64,000 nt of DNA, taken from Patescibacteria group bacterium. GTDB taxonomy: Bacteria > Patescibacteriota > Patescibacteriia > UM-FILTER-42-10. The stretch covers positions 28,696-92,695 of the forward strand of contig JBAYKW010000003.1 in NCBI GenBank assembly GCA_041664365.1, written 5' to 3'. The translations under genes and the position numbers were made by a program. Within the stretch, counting starts at the first letter, position 1. Each line of letters starts with the position of its first letter. Positions 9,593-18,816 of the stretch are shown in pieces. The notes below the pieces were generated by a model. It saw only the letters and a list, made by a program, of their open reading frames with translations. It did no database searches and was not told the DNA's origin.

Positions 9593-10324
9593 ATGAATAA
9601 CCAAAAAGGTTTTGCCCCGGTAATGCTCGTTGGTATTATCGCAGCAGTAGTAATAATTGGGGGTGGTTTGACCTGGTATTTTTTATCTCAGGATGCCGGG
9701 GATGATCTTAACATTAATATTTCAAATACAAACACATATTCAAATGTGAACCAATCAGCGAATGCAAATGTCGCTGTATCAAATAGTAATATGCAGGCAG
9801 CGGCCGGTAAGTATGCAACAATTGATTCTACGTATGCAACTGTCAGTGCTAAGGAATTTTCCACGACAAAAATCCATGAGCCTGGTTACTATATGCTCGG
9901 ACATGTGTCAGTAAAAACAACCAGTGAGGCATCTGCTGTAGCTGCGGAGAATGTCAGTATTAATAATATGAGCGCCATGGGTACTTGTGAAACGGTCTCT
10001 AATACGTCCAATCTTGGTACTTGGATCAGTGGGAGTGAAACACAAGCATCATCAGTCGAGGTACGTGTTGAATGCCGTCCGGGTGTGATATACAATGAAG
10101 ACGATATTATTGATACTACTGGATCACATGATTCAAGCAATATACTGAAGTATGCCAATCATACATCGGCTTCAATAAACCGTATATTATCATTTAACGT
10201 AGTGGTTACATATAAGGACGGAACCACAGCCTCGACACCAATCACGGTCAGTATGGATCCGAATAAACTCATGGTAAATGATTTCGGCGCGGGAATGATT
10301 ACTGAGCCTGGGGCAACTTTCTAG
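9593..10324 (+). CDS. Prepilin-like anchored surface protein of unknown function
   Basis: N-terminus paralogous to 8791 (MNNQKGF...IIGGG..WYF); unrelated C-terminal domain. Confidence 0.72.
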   Translation: MNNQKGFAPVMLVGIIAAVVIIGGGLTWYFLSQDAGDDLNINISNTNTYSNVNQSANANVAVSNSNMQAAAGKYATIDSTYATVSAKEFSTTKIHEPGYYMLGHVSVKTTSEASAVAAENVSINNMSAMGTCETVSNTSNLGTWISGSETQASSVEVRVECRPGVIYNEDDIIDTTGSHDSSNILKYANHTSASINRILSFNVVVTYKDGTTASTPITVSMDPNKLMVNDFGAGMITEPGATF

Positions 10325-10333
10325 TTTTAAAAA

Positions 10334-10370
10334 ATAAAAAAGAGCTGTGAATGTCACAGTTCTTTTTTAT
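10334..10370. terminator. Bidirectional terminator
   Basis: AAAAAAGAGCTGTGA-ATG-TCACAGTTCTTTTTT between convergent genes. Confidence 0.8.
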
Positions 10371-10386
10371 ATTATACTTATACATT

Positions 10387-10481
10387 TGTCATGCTGAACT
10401 TGATTCCCCGGCCGCCTAGCTGTCGCAAGGCAGCGGGGCAGGCAGCATCCACGGAGATTCTGAAATAAATTCAGAATGACA
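10387..10481. repeat. REP-like palindromic element with a nested 37-bp GC-rich insert
   Basis: TGTCATGCTGAACTTGATT[10406-10442]CAGCATC...GATTCTGAAATAAATTCAGAATGACA. Confidence 0.7.
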
Positions 10482-10486
10482 GTTCG

Positions 10487-11149
10487 TTATTTAATGGCGC
10501 TGATAATTACCACAAACTCGCCTTTGGTAATTTTTAAATTTTCCTGTACTTCAGTGACAGTGCCTCTTAAGAATTCTTCATAAATTTTGGTCAATTCACG
10601 AGCTACTACAATTTTTCTATCTCCTAATATATCTTTTAATTCTCCCAGCAGTTTTTCTATACGGTGCGTTGATTCATAAAAAACAATGGTTCTTTTTTCG
10701 TCTTTAAAAGAATCCAGTATTGTTTTCCTTCCTTTTTTATGTGGAAGAAATCCTAGATATACAAAAGAATCGGTCGGCACTCCTGCGGCAGAAAGCGCTG
10801 TAATAACCGCAGACGGTCCTGGGATTGGTATTACAGATATATTATTTTCTATAGCCTTTTTTATCAGAACCTGCCCGGGGTCGGATATACCGGGAGTTCC
10901 GGCGTCGGTTACTACCGCAATATTTTTATCTGCTTTCAATTCTCCGATCAGGTAATCAATTTTAGCGATCTTGCTGTGCTGATGATAACTGACCAGCGGT
11001 TTATTGATGCTATAGTGATTTAGAAGAATGGAAGTATGTCTGGTATCTTCACAAGCGATGATATCAACCGTTTTGAGTGTATTAAGAGCTCTCAGAGTGA
11101 TATCCTCCAAGTTTCCGATAGGTGTGGCAATGGTGTATAGGTTTCCCAT
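10487..11149 (-). CDS. rsmI: 16S rRNA (cytidine1402-2'-O)-methyltransferase
   Basis: ATPIGNLEDIT, CEDTR, DAGTPGISDPG, FYES and RELTKIYEE. Confidence 0.97.
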   Translation of the reverse strand: MGNLYTIATPIGNLEDITLRALNTLKTVDIIACEDTRHTSILLNHYSINKPLVSYHQHSKIAKIDYLIGELKADKNIAVVTDAGTPGISDPGQVLIKKAIENNISVIPIPGPSAVITALSAAGVPTDSFVYLGFLPHKKGRKTILDSFKDEKRTIVFYESTHRIEKLLGELKDILGDRKIVVARELTKIYEEFLRGTVTEVQENLKITKGEFVVIISAIK

Positions 11150-11177
11150 AGCGAATTAATTATATCATTTTCCAATC

Positions 11178-11208
11178 AAAAAAGCGCCCCGGATATCGGA
11201 GCGCCTTT
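11178..11208 (-). terminator. Intrinsic terminator of the M23 gene
   Basis: On the minus strand GGCGCTCCG-ATATC-CGGGGCGC-TTTTTT. Confidence 0.65.
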
Positions 11209-11213
11209 AAAGT

Positions 11214-12452
11214 TTATAAGTAACTTAGGGGGTTCTGTTTCCTGCCGTTAACGATCACTTCAAAGTGTAAATGATTTCCGGTGCACCATCCAGTACAGCC
11301 CATCATACCTAGCGTTTGGCCTCTGCTGACATTATCACCGACACTAACCGCTATTTTACTGAAATGGCCGTAAAGCGTCTGCATACCGTTACCATGGTCA
11401 ATCATCACCATAAGCCCGTACCCGCCTGACCACCCGGCAGCTGTAACGCGTCCGGTATCGGCGGCATAGTTCGGTGACGTGGTGTCACCGTCAATATCAA
11501 TGCCGGTATGTCGCCAACCGTAATACTGATTAATGCGACGGCTCGGTGTTGGCCATTGTAGTTTTGTTCCATAGGTCGGAGTTGCGTCAGCCGGTACAAA
11601 GAAATTAGAAACAGAAGCAAAACGGGATGTCGGCTGGACAACCGGTGCCGGCGGTGCCGGCGGTTCTCCGCCCGGCAAGATAATAATCTGATCTTTGGAA
11701 ATTGCTTCAGCGGAAGCCAGTTGGTTGTATTCAACTATTTCACTTGCTTCAGCCTCGTATTTTTCCGCTATTTTATCCAGGGTATCGCCGGATTTAACCT
11801 GATAGGAAATTCCGGAGACCGGCAGGATTGTTAATTTTTGACCGGGCTTAATAAAATCTCTGGCACCAAGTTTGTTTTCCCAAAGAATTGTGTTGGTAGA
11901 AATATCATATTGTGATGCAATATCGCTGACTGTCTCTCCACCCTGGACTTCATGATAGACCACTGATTCGCGGACCCGATCACCGATCGTAGTGGCAATC
12001 AGATTTGGTTTGACAATTGCTCCTTCAGCGGTGATGGATGCACTGTCTACAATCATAGTTTCATCATTCCCGAAATATTGGGAGCTTGCAACGCTTCCGG
12101 TTGTGTCCGCAAACATGGAATTATTATCAATTGTTGTGTCCGATGTTTCTACAAATAATTCTTCACCCTGCGGTTGAATGAGAGAAGCAAGAATATTATT
12201 TTGCCCGACCTCTGAATTCAGTTCCTTGGCATTCAAATTGTTGGTGGTAACGATAATTGTCAAAAGGATTATTAATGCATGGACAACGTATCTGGTGGTG
12301 AGCGAATAGAGCAGCTTTCCTTTAGCCGGACGGTAGATTGAGCCCAGCTGTGATTTCACTGTCAGATACACTTTATACATTCTCACAATCAGGAAATAGA
12401 ATATGAAGTTTCCTATTTTTTGTAGCGGAACAACAATCAGATATTTACCCAA
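11214..12452 (-). CDS. LysM-containing M23 peptidoglycan endopeptidase (start may lie further upstream)
   Basis: TM helix, two LysM domains, HTGIDI and HLHFEV zinc motifs. Confidence 0.93.
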   Translation of the reverse strand: MGKYLIVVPLQKIGNFIFYFLIVRMYKVYLTVKSQLGSIYRPAKGKLLYSLTTRYVVHALIILLTIIVTTNNLNAKELNSEVGQNNILASLIQPQGEELFVETSDTTIDNNSMFADTTGSVASSQYFGNDETMIVDSASITAEGAIVKPNLIATTIGDRVRESVVYHEVQGGETVSDIASQYDISTNTILWENKLGARDFIKPGQKLTILPVSGISYQVKSGDTLDKIAEKYEAEASEIVEYNQLASAEAISKDQIIILPGGEPPAPPAPVVQPTSRFASVSNFFVPADATPTYGTKLQWPTPSRRINQYYGWRHTGIDIDGDTTSPNYAADTGRVTAAGWSGGYGLMVMIDHGNGMQTLYGHFSKIAVSVGDNVSRGQTLGMMGCTGWCTGNHLHFEVIVNGRKQNPLSYL

Positions 12453-12660
12453 AAAGAAAAGTGCTCTCTTCAGGTAGATAAGACCTTTTAAGAAAATTAC
12501 CAGTATATGACTAAGTGTTTTTTTAATTTGAATACTAATTGATTTCTCCCAAATTAAAAGCCATGTTCTATGGTTAGAAGATAGCTATTAGTTGTTTTAG
12601 TATTTCATAATATATTACCTAAACCAAGGTTTCAGTATCCAACAATTTAGGATACTCAAT

Positions 12661-12732
12661 AAGCTATCATGGCTACTTTCATTTGTCAAATTTTTTTTCT
12701 AAAATAATCTGAAATAACGGCTAAAATTAGCC
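12661..12732 (-). promoter_or_regulatory. Putative promoter of the M23 gene plus GGCTAAAATTAGCC site (copy 2)
   Basis: Minus-strand TTGACA (12689-12684)-17 nt-TAGCTT; palindrome at 12719-12732. Confidence 0.5.
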
Positions 12733-12860
12733 AAAAAAAATGGCAGATTTCGCAGATTACCCCCATTTTATCTGGGTTTTGTGAATTCCATTATGTCCGG
12801 AAAGGTGGTAAAATACCGTAAACAGGGGCTTAAATGACTTTAATGGGAATGAATAATAGC

Positions 12861-15800
12861 ATGCCGGAAGCAGAAAAATACGATCATCAATCGATTGAGA
12901 AAAAATGGCAGGAAAAGTGGGAGCAGGAAGGTCTTTATGAGACGAAAGACGACACCAAAAAGGACAAATTCTACTGTTTGATTGAATTTCCGTATCCGTC
13001 AGCGGAGGGATTGCACGTCGGACACCCGCGCAGTTACACGGCGCTCGACATTGTTGCGCGCAAAAAACGCATGGAAGGCAATAACGTCCTGTTTCCTATT
13101 GGTTTCGATGCATTCGGCCTGCCGACGGAAAATTATGCAATCAAAGTCAAAAAAAATCCGGCTGATATCACGGATGAGAATATCGGACGCTTCCGCAAGC
13201 AGTTAAAATCCCTGGGGCTTTCCTTTGATTGGTCCAGAGAAGTAGTAACTACTGATCCGGAATATTATAAATGGACGCAGTGGATTTTTATAAAGCTTTT
13301 CAAGGCAGGTCTGGTCTATCAAGCGGAGATGCCGATTAATTGGTGTCCTTCCTGCAAGATCGGACTAGCCAATGAAGAGGTGGTGAACGGCAAGTGCGAA
13401 CGCTGTGGTACTGAAGTAACCAAAAAGAACTTGAAACAATGGATGTTTAAAATAACTCAGTATGCCCAGCGCCTGATTGACGATCTGGATACGGTGGATT
13501 ATCTGGAAAAAATAAAATCTCAGCAGATTAACTGGATCGGCCGTTCAGAAGGCGCACGGGTTCAATTTAAATTAAAAAATTCTAAATATCACGTAGAAGT
13601 TTTTACCACCCGGCCGGACACAATATTTGGTGCAACCTATTTAGTGCTGGCACCGGAACATGAACTGGTGGAGAAATTGAAACCGGAAATTTCTAATGTC
13701 AAAGAGCTGGAGAAATATATTAATGCTTCTCAGAATAAAAGCGATTTAGAAAGAACAGATCTGGCTAAAGACAAAACCGGGGTTGAATTGAAAGGAATTA
13801 AAGCGATCAATCCGGCTAGTGGTGAAGAGATTCCGGTTTGGGTTGCGGATTATGTTTTGACGGGATACGGTACCGGCGCGATTATGGCTGTGCCGGCGCA
13901 TGATTTAAGAGATTTCGAGTTTGCTAATAGATTCAATCTAGATATAAGGTGTGTTATTAATCCAGACAAAAAAGATCTAAACCCGTCAAATATAATAAAT
14001 TCTTCTTTTAAATTCCATGAATCAAAACATCCAGAAGTCACTCTTACACTTACTCAATGGTTAGGACGTGAATGGGATCCAAAAACAGAGCATCAAGAGC
14101 TTTTGATAGGCAATAGATGTTATGTCGGCGAAGGCAAGATGATCAACTCTGGTGAGTTTAATGGTATAGATTCGCAGGCAGGAATCAAAAAAATTACAGT
14201 TTGGTTAGAAAAATTAGGTAATGGAAAAAAAGAAGTTAACTACAAACTGCGTGATTGGATATTTTCCCGTCAGCATTATTGGGGTGAGCCGATACCACTA
14301 ATTCATTGTGAACAATGCAAGAAAAAAGATAAAAAAACAGTGCTAATCATCCACGGAACCGGGGGTTACGGCAGAAATAACTGGTACGGCTGGCTGGCCG
14401 ACGAGCTGGAAAAAATGGGCCACGAGGTTATTGCTCCTGACATGCCTGAACCTTTTGAGCCTGTTTTGGAGAAATGGCTTAAAGTTTTGGATAAATATAC
14501 TGACAGGCTCAATGAAAATTCAGTGGTAATTGGACATTCTTTGGGCGGTCCTGCCGCGTTGCATTTTGTTGCCAATCTGAATAAAAAAATTGGCAAGCTT
14601 ATTTTAGTTGCTCCGACCTATCGTGATATGGACTGGGAAGATTATGCGAAAAAGCATCCCGATGATCCGGTGGAATATCAGCATAAATTCAACCAGCCGG
14701 AGATTCTCTATAAATCAGTACATAATAATACGGAAAAAATAGTATATTATTATTCTGATAATGATTTTTATATTCCGAGTACAGTTCCTGAACATTACAA
14801 AAAAGTTTTAAAGGCAGACTTCAGAATGTTAAAAAGTAGAAATCATTTTTCAATATCTCAAGGTGGAGCATTTACTTTTCCAGAAATATTTGAAGAAATA
14901 ATGGAAGGAAAAAAGACAGCGGTCGGAATCGTTCCGGTGCCGGAAAAAGATCTGCCTCTAGAACTGCCGAAAGTAAAAAATTATGAACCGACGGAAACCG
15001 GCGAATCACCTCTGGCGGGAATTACAGATTGGGTTAATACCATTTGTCCTAAATGTGGTGGTCCCGCAAAAAGAGAGACAGATACCATGCCGAACTGGGC
15101 GGGTTCCAGCTGGTATTTTCTGCGCTATACTGATCCACATAACGACAAGGAATTTGCTTCACAAAAAGCATTGAAGTACTGGCTACCGGTGGATCTGTAT
15201 AACGGTGGGATGGAACATACTACTTTGCATCTTCTGTATTCCCGATTCTGGCACAAAGCGCTTTATGATTTGAAACTGGTGCCGACTCCGGAGCCATATC
15301 AAAAAAGGATTTCCCACGGCATGGTTCTGGCGGAAGACGGAAAGAAGATGTCCAAGTCGCTGGGCAATGTGATCAATCCTGACGATGTAGTTAAAGAGTA
15401 CGGCGCGGACACTCTGCGAATGTATGAAATGTTTATGGGACCGTTTGCCGAAGCGATCCCTTGGGACACGAAGGGGATTGTTGGTGTAAGAAGATTTTTG
15501 GATAAGGTTTATTTATTAGGGGATAGGGTTAAGGGATTAGGGGTGAGGGGTGGGGGTGTTGATGAAAAGACAAAGAGTCTGCTCCACAAAACAATCAAAA
15601 AGGTAACGGAAGACATCGATGAATTCCGGTTTAATACTGCTGTTTCTGCTTTAATGATTTTGGTTAATGAAATGCAGGGAGAAAATAAAGTTGATAAAAG
15701 TACCATGGAAAAACTGTTACTGATATTATCTCCATTCGCCCCGCATTTAACTGAAGAGTTATGGATAAAGCTTGGAAACAATAAATCTATCCATTCGGAA

Positions 15801-16028
15801 TCCTGGCCGAAATTTAACGCAATACTGGTTAAAGATCAGAAAATCGAATTCGTCATACAAATCAACGGCAAACTCAAGGATAAAAGTCTGATGCCGGCTG
15901 ACGCTACAGAGGAAGATGTGATACAATATGTAGAGCAAAGTAGTAAAATTCAGAAACTGATTGCAAATAAGCAAGTCATCAAAAAAATATTTGTACCGGG
16001 CAAGCTGTTAAATATTGTGGTCAAATAA
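12861..16028 (+). CDS. leuS: Leucine--tRNA ligase with an internal RBBP9/YdeN-type alpha/beta hydrolase insertion
   Basis: FPYPS..GLHVGH, CP1 (TTRPDT, GTGAIMAVPAHD), DWIFSRQHYWGEPIP and KMSKS; in-frame ATGs also at 12834-12849. Confidence 0.97.
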   Translation: MPEAEKYDHQSIEKKWQEKWEQEGLYETKDDTKKDKFYCLIEFPYPSAEGLHVGHPRSYTALDIVARKKRMEGNNVLFPIGFDAFGLPTENYAIKVKKNPADITDENIGRFRKQLKSLGLSFDWSREVVTTDPEYYKWTQWIFIKLFKAGLVYQAEMPINWCPSCKIGLANEEVVNGKCERCGTEVTKKNLKQWMFKITQYAQRLIDDLDTVDYLEKIKSQQINWIGRSEGARVQFKLKNSKYHVEVFTTRPDTIFGATYLVLAPEHELVEKLKPEISNVKELEKYINASQNKSDLERTDLAKDKTGVELKGIKAINPASGEEIPVWVADYVLTGYGTGAIMAVPAHDLRDFEFANRFNLDIRCVINPDKKDLNPSNIINSSFKFHESKHPEVTLTLTQWLGREWDPKTEHQELLIGNRCYVGEGKMINSGEFNGIDSQAGIKKITVWLEKLGNGKKEVNYKLRDWIFSRQHYWGEPIPLIHCEQCKKKDKKTVLIIHGTGGYGRNNWYGWLADELEKMGHEVIAPDMPEPFEPVLEKWLKVLDKYTDRLNENSVVIGHSLGGPAALHFVANLNKKIGKLILVAPTYRDMDWEDYAKKHPDDPVEYQHKFNQPEILYKSVHNNTEKIVYYYSDNDFYIPSTVPEHYKKVLKADFRMLKSRNHFSISQGGAFTFPEIFEEIMEGKKTAVGIVPVPEKDLPLELPKVKNYEPTETGESPLAGITDWVNTICPKCGGPAKRETDTMPNWAGSSWYFLRYTDPHNDKEFASQKALKYWLPVDLYNGGMEHTTLHLLYSRFWHKALYDLKLVPTPEPYQKRISHGMVLAEDGKKMSKSLGNVINPDDVVKEYGADTLRMYEMFMGPFAEAIPWDTKGIVGVRRFLDKVYLLGDRVKGLGVRGGGVDEKTKSLLHKTIKKVTEDIDEFRFNTAVSALMILVNEMQGENKVDKSTMEKLLLILSPFAPHLTEELWIKLGNNKSIHSESWPKFNAILVKDQKIEFVIQINGKLKDKSLMPADATEEDVIQYVEQSSKIQKLIANKQVIKKIFVPGKLLNIVVK
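15517..15558 (+). repeat. G-rich heptamer repeat inside leuS
   Basis: TAGGGGA TAGGGTT AAGGGAT TAGGGGT GAGGGGT GGGGGTG. Confidence 0.7.
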
Positions 16029-16029
16029 G

Positions 16030-17193
16030 ATGAGCGGATTTTTTTCAAAATTCTATCTGAAGAGTGAACTTTCTTCAGGGGTAATTTCGCTGTATATGAA
16101 TCGGGTGATTCTGCAGGTGGCGAACGGAATGCTCGGGCTTTTTTTGCCCGTTTTTCTTTATCTGGTTTATGACCAGAATATCTATTATGTAATTGCCAAC
16201 TTTCTCATAGGCTATCTGGCCTATTTTTTTATGTGTCCGATTGGAGCCAAAGTTATGTCCAGGATCAATCTGAAAAAGACACTCATTTTGAGTATCCCTT
16301 TCTTAGTTTTACATTATATTTGTTATTACTATTTTGAAACCAACATTCTTTTATTCACTGTTTTATCAATAGTTTTCCTGACAATTTACCGGATGTTTTA
16401 TTGGGTCCCATATCACACTGACTTTGCCGAATTCACGGATCGGCGCAACCGGGGAAAACAGATCAGCTTTCTGGCGGCAATCGCATCGCTAGTCAGCATC
16501 GCTGTTCCGTTTACCGGGGGGTTTATTTTGGACCAGTTTAATTTTCAAATACTGTTTGTAGTTGTAATTATTTTAATTTCATTGTCACTAATCCCTTTTC
16601 TTCTAACCAGGGCGGTCTATGAAAAGTACAGCTTCGGATATTTTGAAACATTCAAAAAACTTTTCCATAAAAAAAACCGGAGGATGCTTTTAGCCTATGG
16701 AGCAGATGGTGCGGAAAATTCAGTCGGAGTAGTATTGTGGCCGATCTTTGTCTGGCAAATTTTAGACGGAAAATATCTGGTGATCGGAATTATTTCCTCG
16801 ATCGTTGTATTGTTAACAATTATTATCCAGTTGAGTATGGGAAAGTTCACGGACCAGATGCGCAAGAAGAAACTGATGCGTACCGGCTCTATTCTTTATG
16901 CGGTTGGCTGGCTGATCAAAACTTTTGTTACTACCGGTTTCCAAATTTTTATCGCGTCGACATACCACAGTTTTGCAACGATTGTCATGCGCACTCCGTT
17001 TGATGCGCTAATGTACGAAAAAGCGGCTGATTCCGGTCATTATGTTGATGAATATACTGTATTGCGGGAAATGGCTATCAGTTTAGGACGGGTTATTATA
17101 CTGGGCTTTATGCTCTTGGCAATCGCCTTTGGTGGTATGGGTTTAGCTTTCCCGCTGGCTGCCTTGGTATCATTATTTATTAATGTATTATAG
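16030..17193 (+). CDS. MFS transporter
   Basis: About 12 hydrophobic segments; MFS-like loops DRRNRGKQ and GKFTDQMRKK. Confidence 0.85.
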   Translation: MSGFFSKFYLKSELSSGVISLYMNRVILQVANGMLGLFLPVFLYLVYDQNIYYVIANFLIGYLAYFFMCPIGAKVMSRINLKKTLILSIPFLVLHYICYYYFETNILLFTVLSIVFLTIYRMFYWVPYHTDFAEFTDRRNRGKQISFLAAIASLVSIAVPFTGGFILDQFNFQILFVVVIILISLSLIPFLLTRAVYEKYSFGYFETFKKLFHKKNRRMLLAYGADGAENSVGVVLWPIFVWQILDGKYLVIGIISSIVVLLTIIIQLSMGKFTDQMRKKKLMRTGSILYAVGWLIKTFVTTGFQIFIASTYHSFATIVMRTPFDALMYEKAADSGHYVDEYTVLREMAISLGRVIILGFMLLAIAFGGMGLAFPLAALVSLFINVL

Positions 17194-17199
17194 ATACTC

Positions 17200-17811
17200 A
17201 TGGAGAAATATTTCCTTAAAAGTAAGAAGCTCACTAATCAAGATTTAAAAAGAATTATTTCCCTCCTGAAAGCGGGGGGGATAATTATTTATCCTACTGA
17301 AACGGCCTACGCGATTGGCGGTGACGCATGTAATATTGAAGTAATCAAAAAAATATATTCAATTAAAAAAAGATCAGCTAAACTTCCACTGCCGGTTATC
17401 GTGGGCAGTATGTTGCAGGCAAAAAAATTTGTAACATTTGATTCTGTTTCCCTTAAACTGGCAAAAAAATATTGGCCGGGAGCTTTGACATTAATTTTGA
17501 AGAAGAAAAATAATATCCCCTCTCTTCTGACAGCAGGAAAACGGAATTTGGCGCTGAGAGTATCCGGAAATTTGATTGCACAATCAATTGCATTAGGATT
17601 AGGTGGTCCTTTGATCAGTACCAGTGCCAACAGTTCCAAAGAAAAAGAATGTTATTCCATAAGTATGGTCAGAAAACAGATTTCTAATTTAAACGGACTG
17701 GTTTCAGTAATTATTGATGCTGGTAAATTGCCGAGTGTTGTGCCGTCAACAATTGCACAAATTAAATCAAACAAAATAGTGACATTAAGAAAAGGAAACA
17801 TTACATTTTAG
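17200..17811 (+). CDS. tsaC: L-threonylcarbamoyladenylate synthase (YrdC/Sua5 family)
   Basis: YPTETAYAI, IKKR, WPGALT, STSAN and PSTI. Confidence 0.93.
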   Translation: MEKYFLKSKKLTNQDLKRIISLLKAGGIIIYPTETAYAIGGDACNIEVIKKIYSIKKRSAKLPLPVIVGSMLQAKKFVTFDSVSLKLAKKYWPGALTLILKKKNNIPSLLTAGKRNLALRVSGNLIAQSIALGLGGPLISTSANSSKEKECYSISMVRKQISNLNGLVSVIIDAGKLPSVVPSTIAQIKSNKIVTLRKGNITF

Positions 17812-17828
17812 TATTAAATAAACCGATT

Positions 17829-18701
17829 TTGAACAGTCTTGAAGCCGAAATAAAATACCTGACAAAAAATTACGGGATCCACCCGCAACGCGAGAGCGGT
17901 CAGAACTTTCTGATTGATGAAGATGTCCTGGATGCGATCGTAGAATCAGCACAGCTTAAACCTGACGATAACGTCTTGGAGATTGGCGCAGGATTTGGTC
18001 CGTTGACTAAAAAGCTCGCAGAAAAAGTGCAAAAAGTATGGGCGGTTGAGCTGGAAAAAAGATTTATCCCTGCATTAAACAAATTGGGAAAATCATATTC
18101 CTCAATTGAAATAATTCATCAGGACATTATTAAAACTGAAATAAGCAAACTGGTTGGTAAGAAGCAATACAGAATTGTGGCGAATATTCCGTACAATATA
18201 ACATCCTATGTACTCAGAAAATTTTTAGAACAGGACCCGAAGCCAAAAACAATGACAGTCTTGATTCAAAAAGAAGTAGCAGAAAGGATTACCGCTGAGC
18301 CTGGTGCGCTCAGTCTATTGGCTGTTTCTATTCAATATTTTGGCAATCCGCATATTGTGAGAGAAGTTACGAAGGAATGTTTTTGGCCAGAGCCCAAAGT
18401 GGATAGTGCGGTAATCATGATCGATGGGATAAAGACTGATAGCCAAATTCAGGAGGAAAACAGGAAAAATGGCTATAAATTCAGCCAAAAACAGTTTTTT
18501 CAGGTTGTAAAAGCCGGTTTTTCCGCCAAACGTAAGCAAATTCACAATAATCTTACTAATAGTTTCCACACAAACGCTGATATTATCAGGCAAATACTGG
18601 TAGAATGCGATATAAAGCCAGAACTGAGGCCTCAAGATATCCAAATAAACAGCTGGAAAATGATAACAAATGCCCTTATAAATAAGGATATTATTAATTA
18701 A
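17829..18701 (+). CDS. rsmA: 16S rRNA adenine dimethyltransferase KsgA
   Basis: GQNFL, LEIGAGFG, VANIPYNIT, QKEVAERI and PKVDSAV. Confidence 0.96.
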   Translation: MNSLEAEIKYLTKNYGIHPQRESGQNFLIDEDVLDAIVESAQLKPDDNVLEIGAGFGPLTKKLAEKVQKVWAVELEKRFIPALNKLGKSYSSIEIIHQDIIKTEISKLVGKKQYRIVANIPYNITSYVLRKFLEQDPKPKTMTVLIQKEVAERITAEPGALSLLAVSIQYFGNPHIVREVTKECFWPEPKVDSAVIMIDGIKTDSQIQEENRKNGYKFSQKQFFQVVKAGFSAKRKQIHNNLTNSFHTNADIIRQILVECDIKPELRPQDIQINSWKMITNALINKDIIN

Positions 18702-18816
18702 TAGACAATAATTAGAATTATCGTTATTATATGGGTATAGCAGTTTGACACATTGGGGTTATTATGATATAATTGAGGCGCATATTTTTGAGCTATTTTA
18801 CACTCTAAGAAGAGTT

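Noticed and set aside
14320-14915. Intein in leuS
   Set aside because: No C-terminal His-Asn splice junction or LAGLIDADG motifs; the insert has alpha/beta-hydrolase motifs
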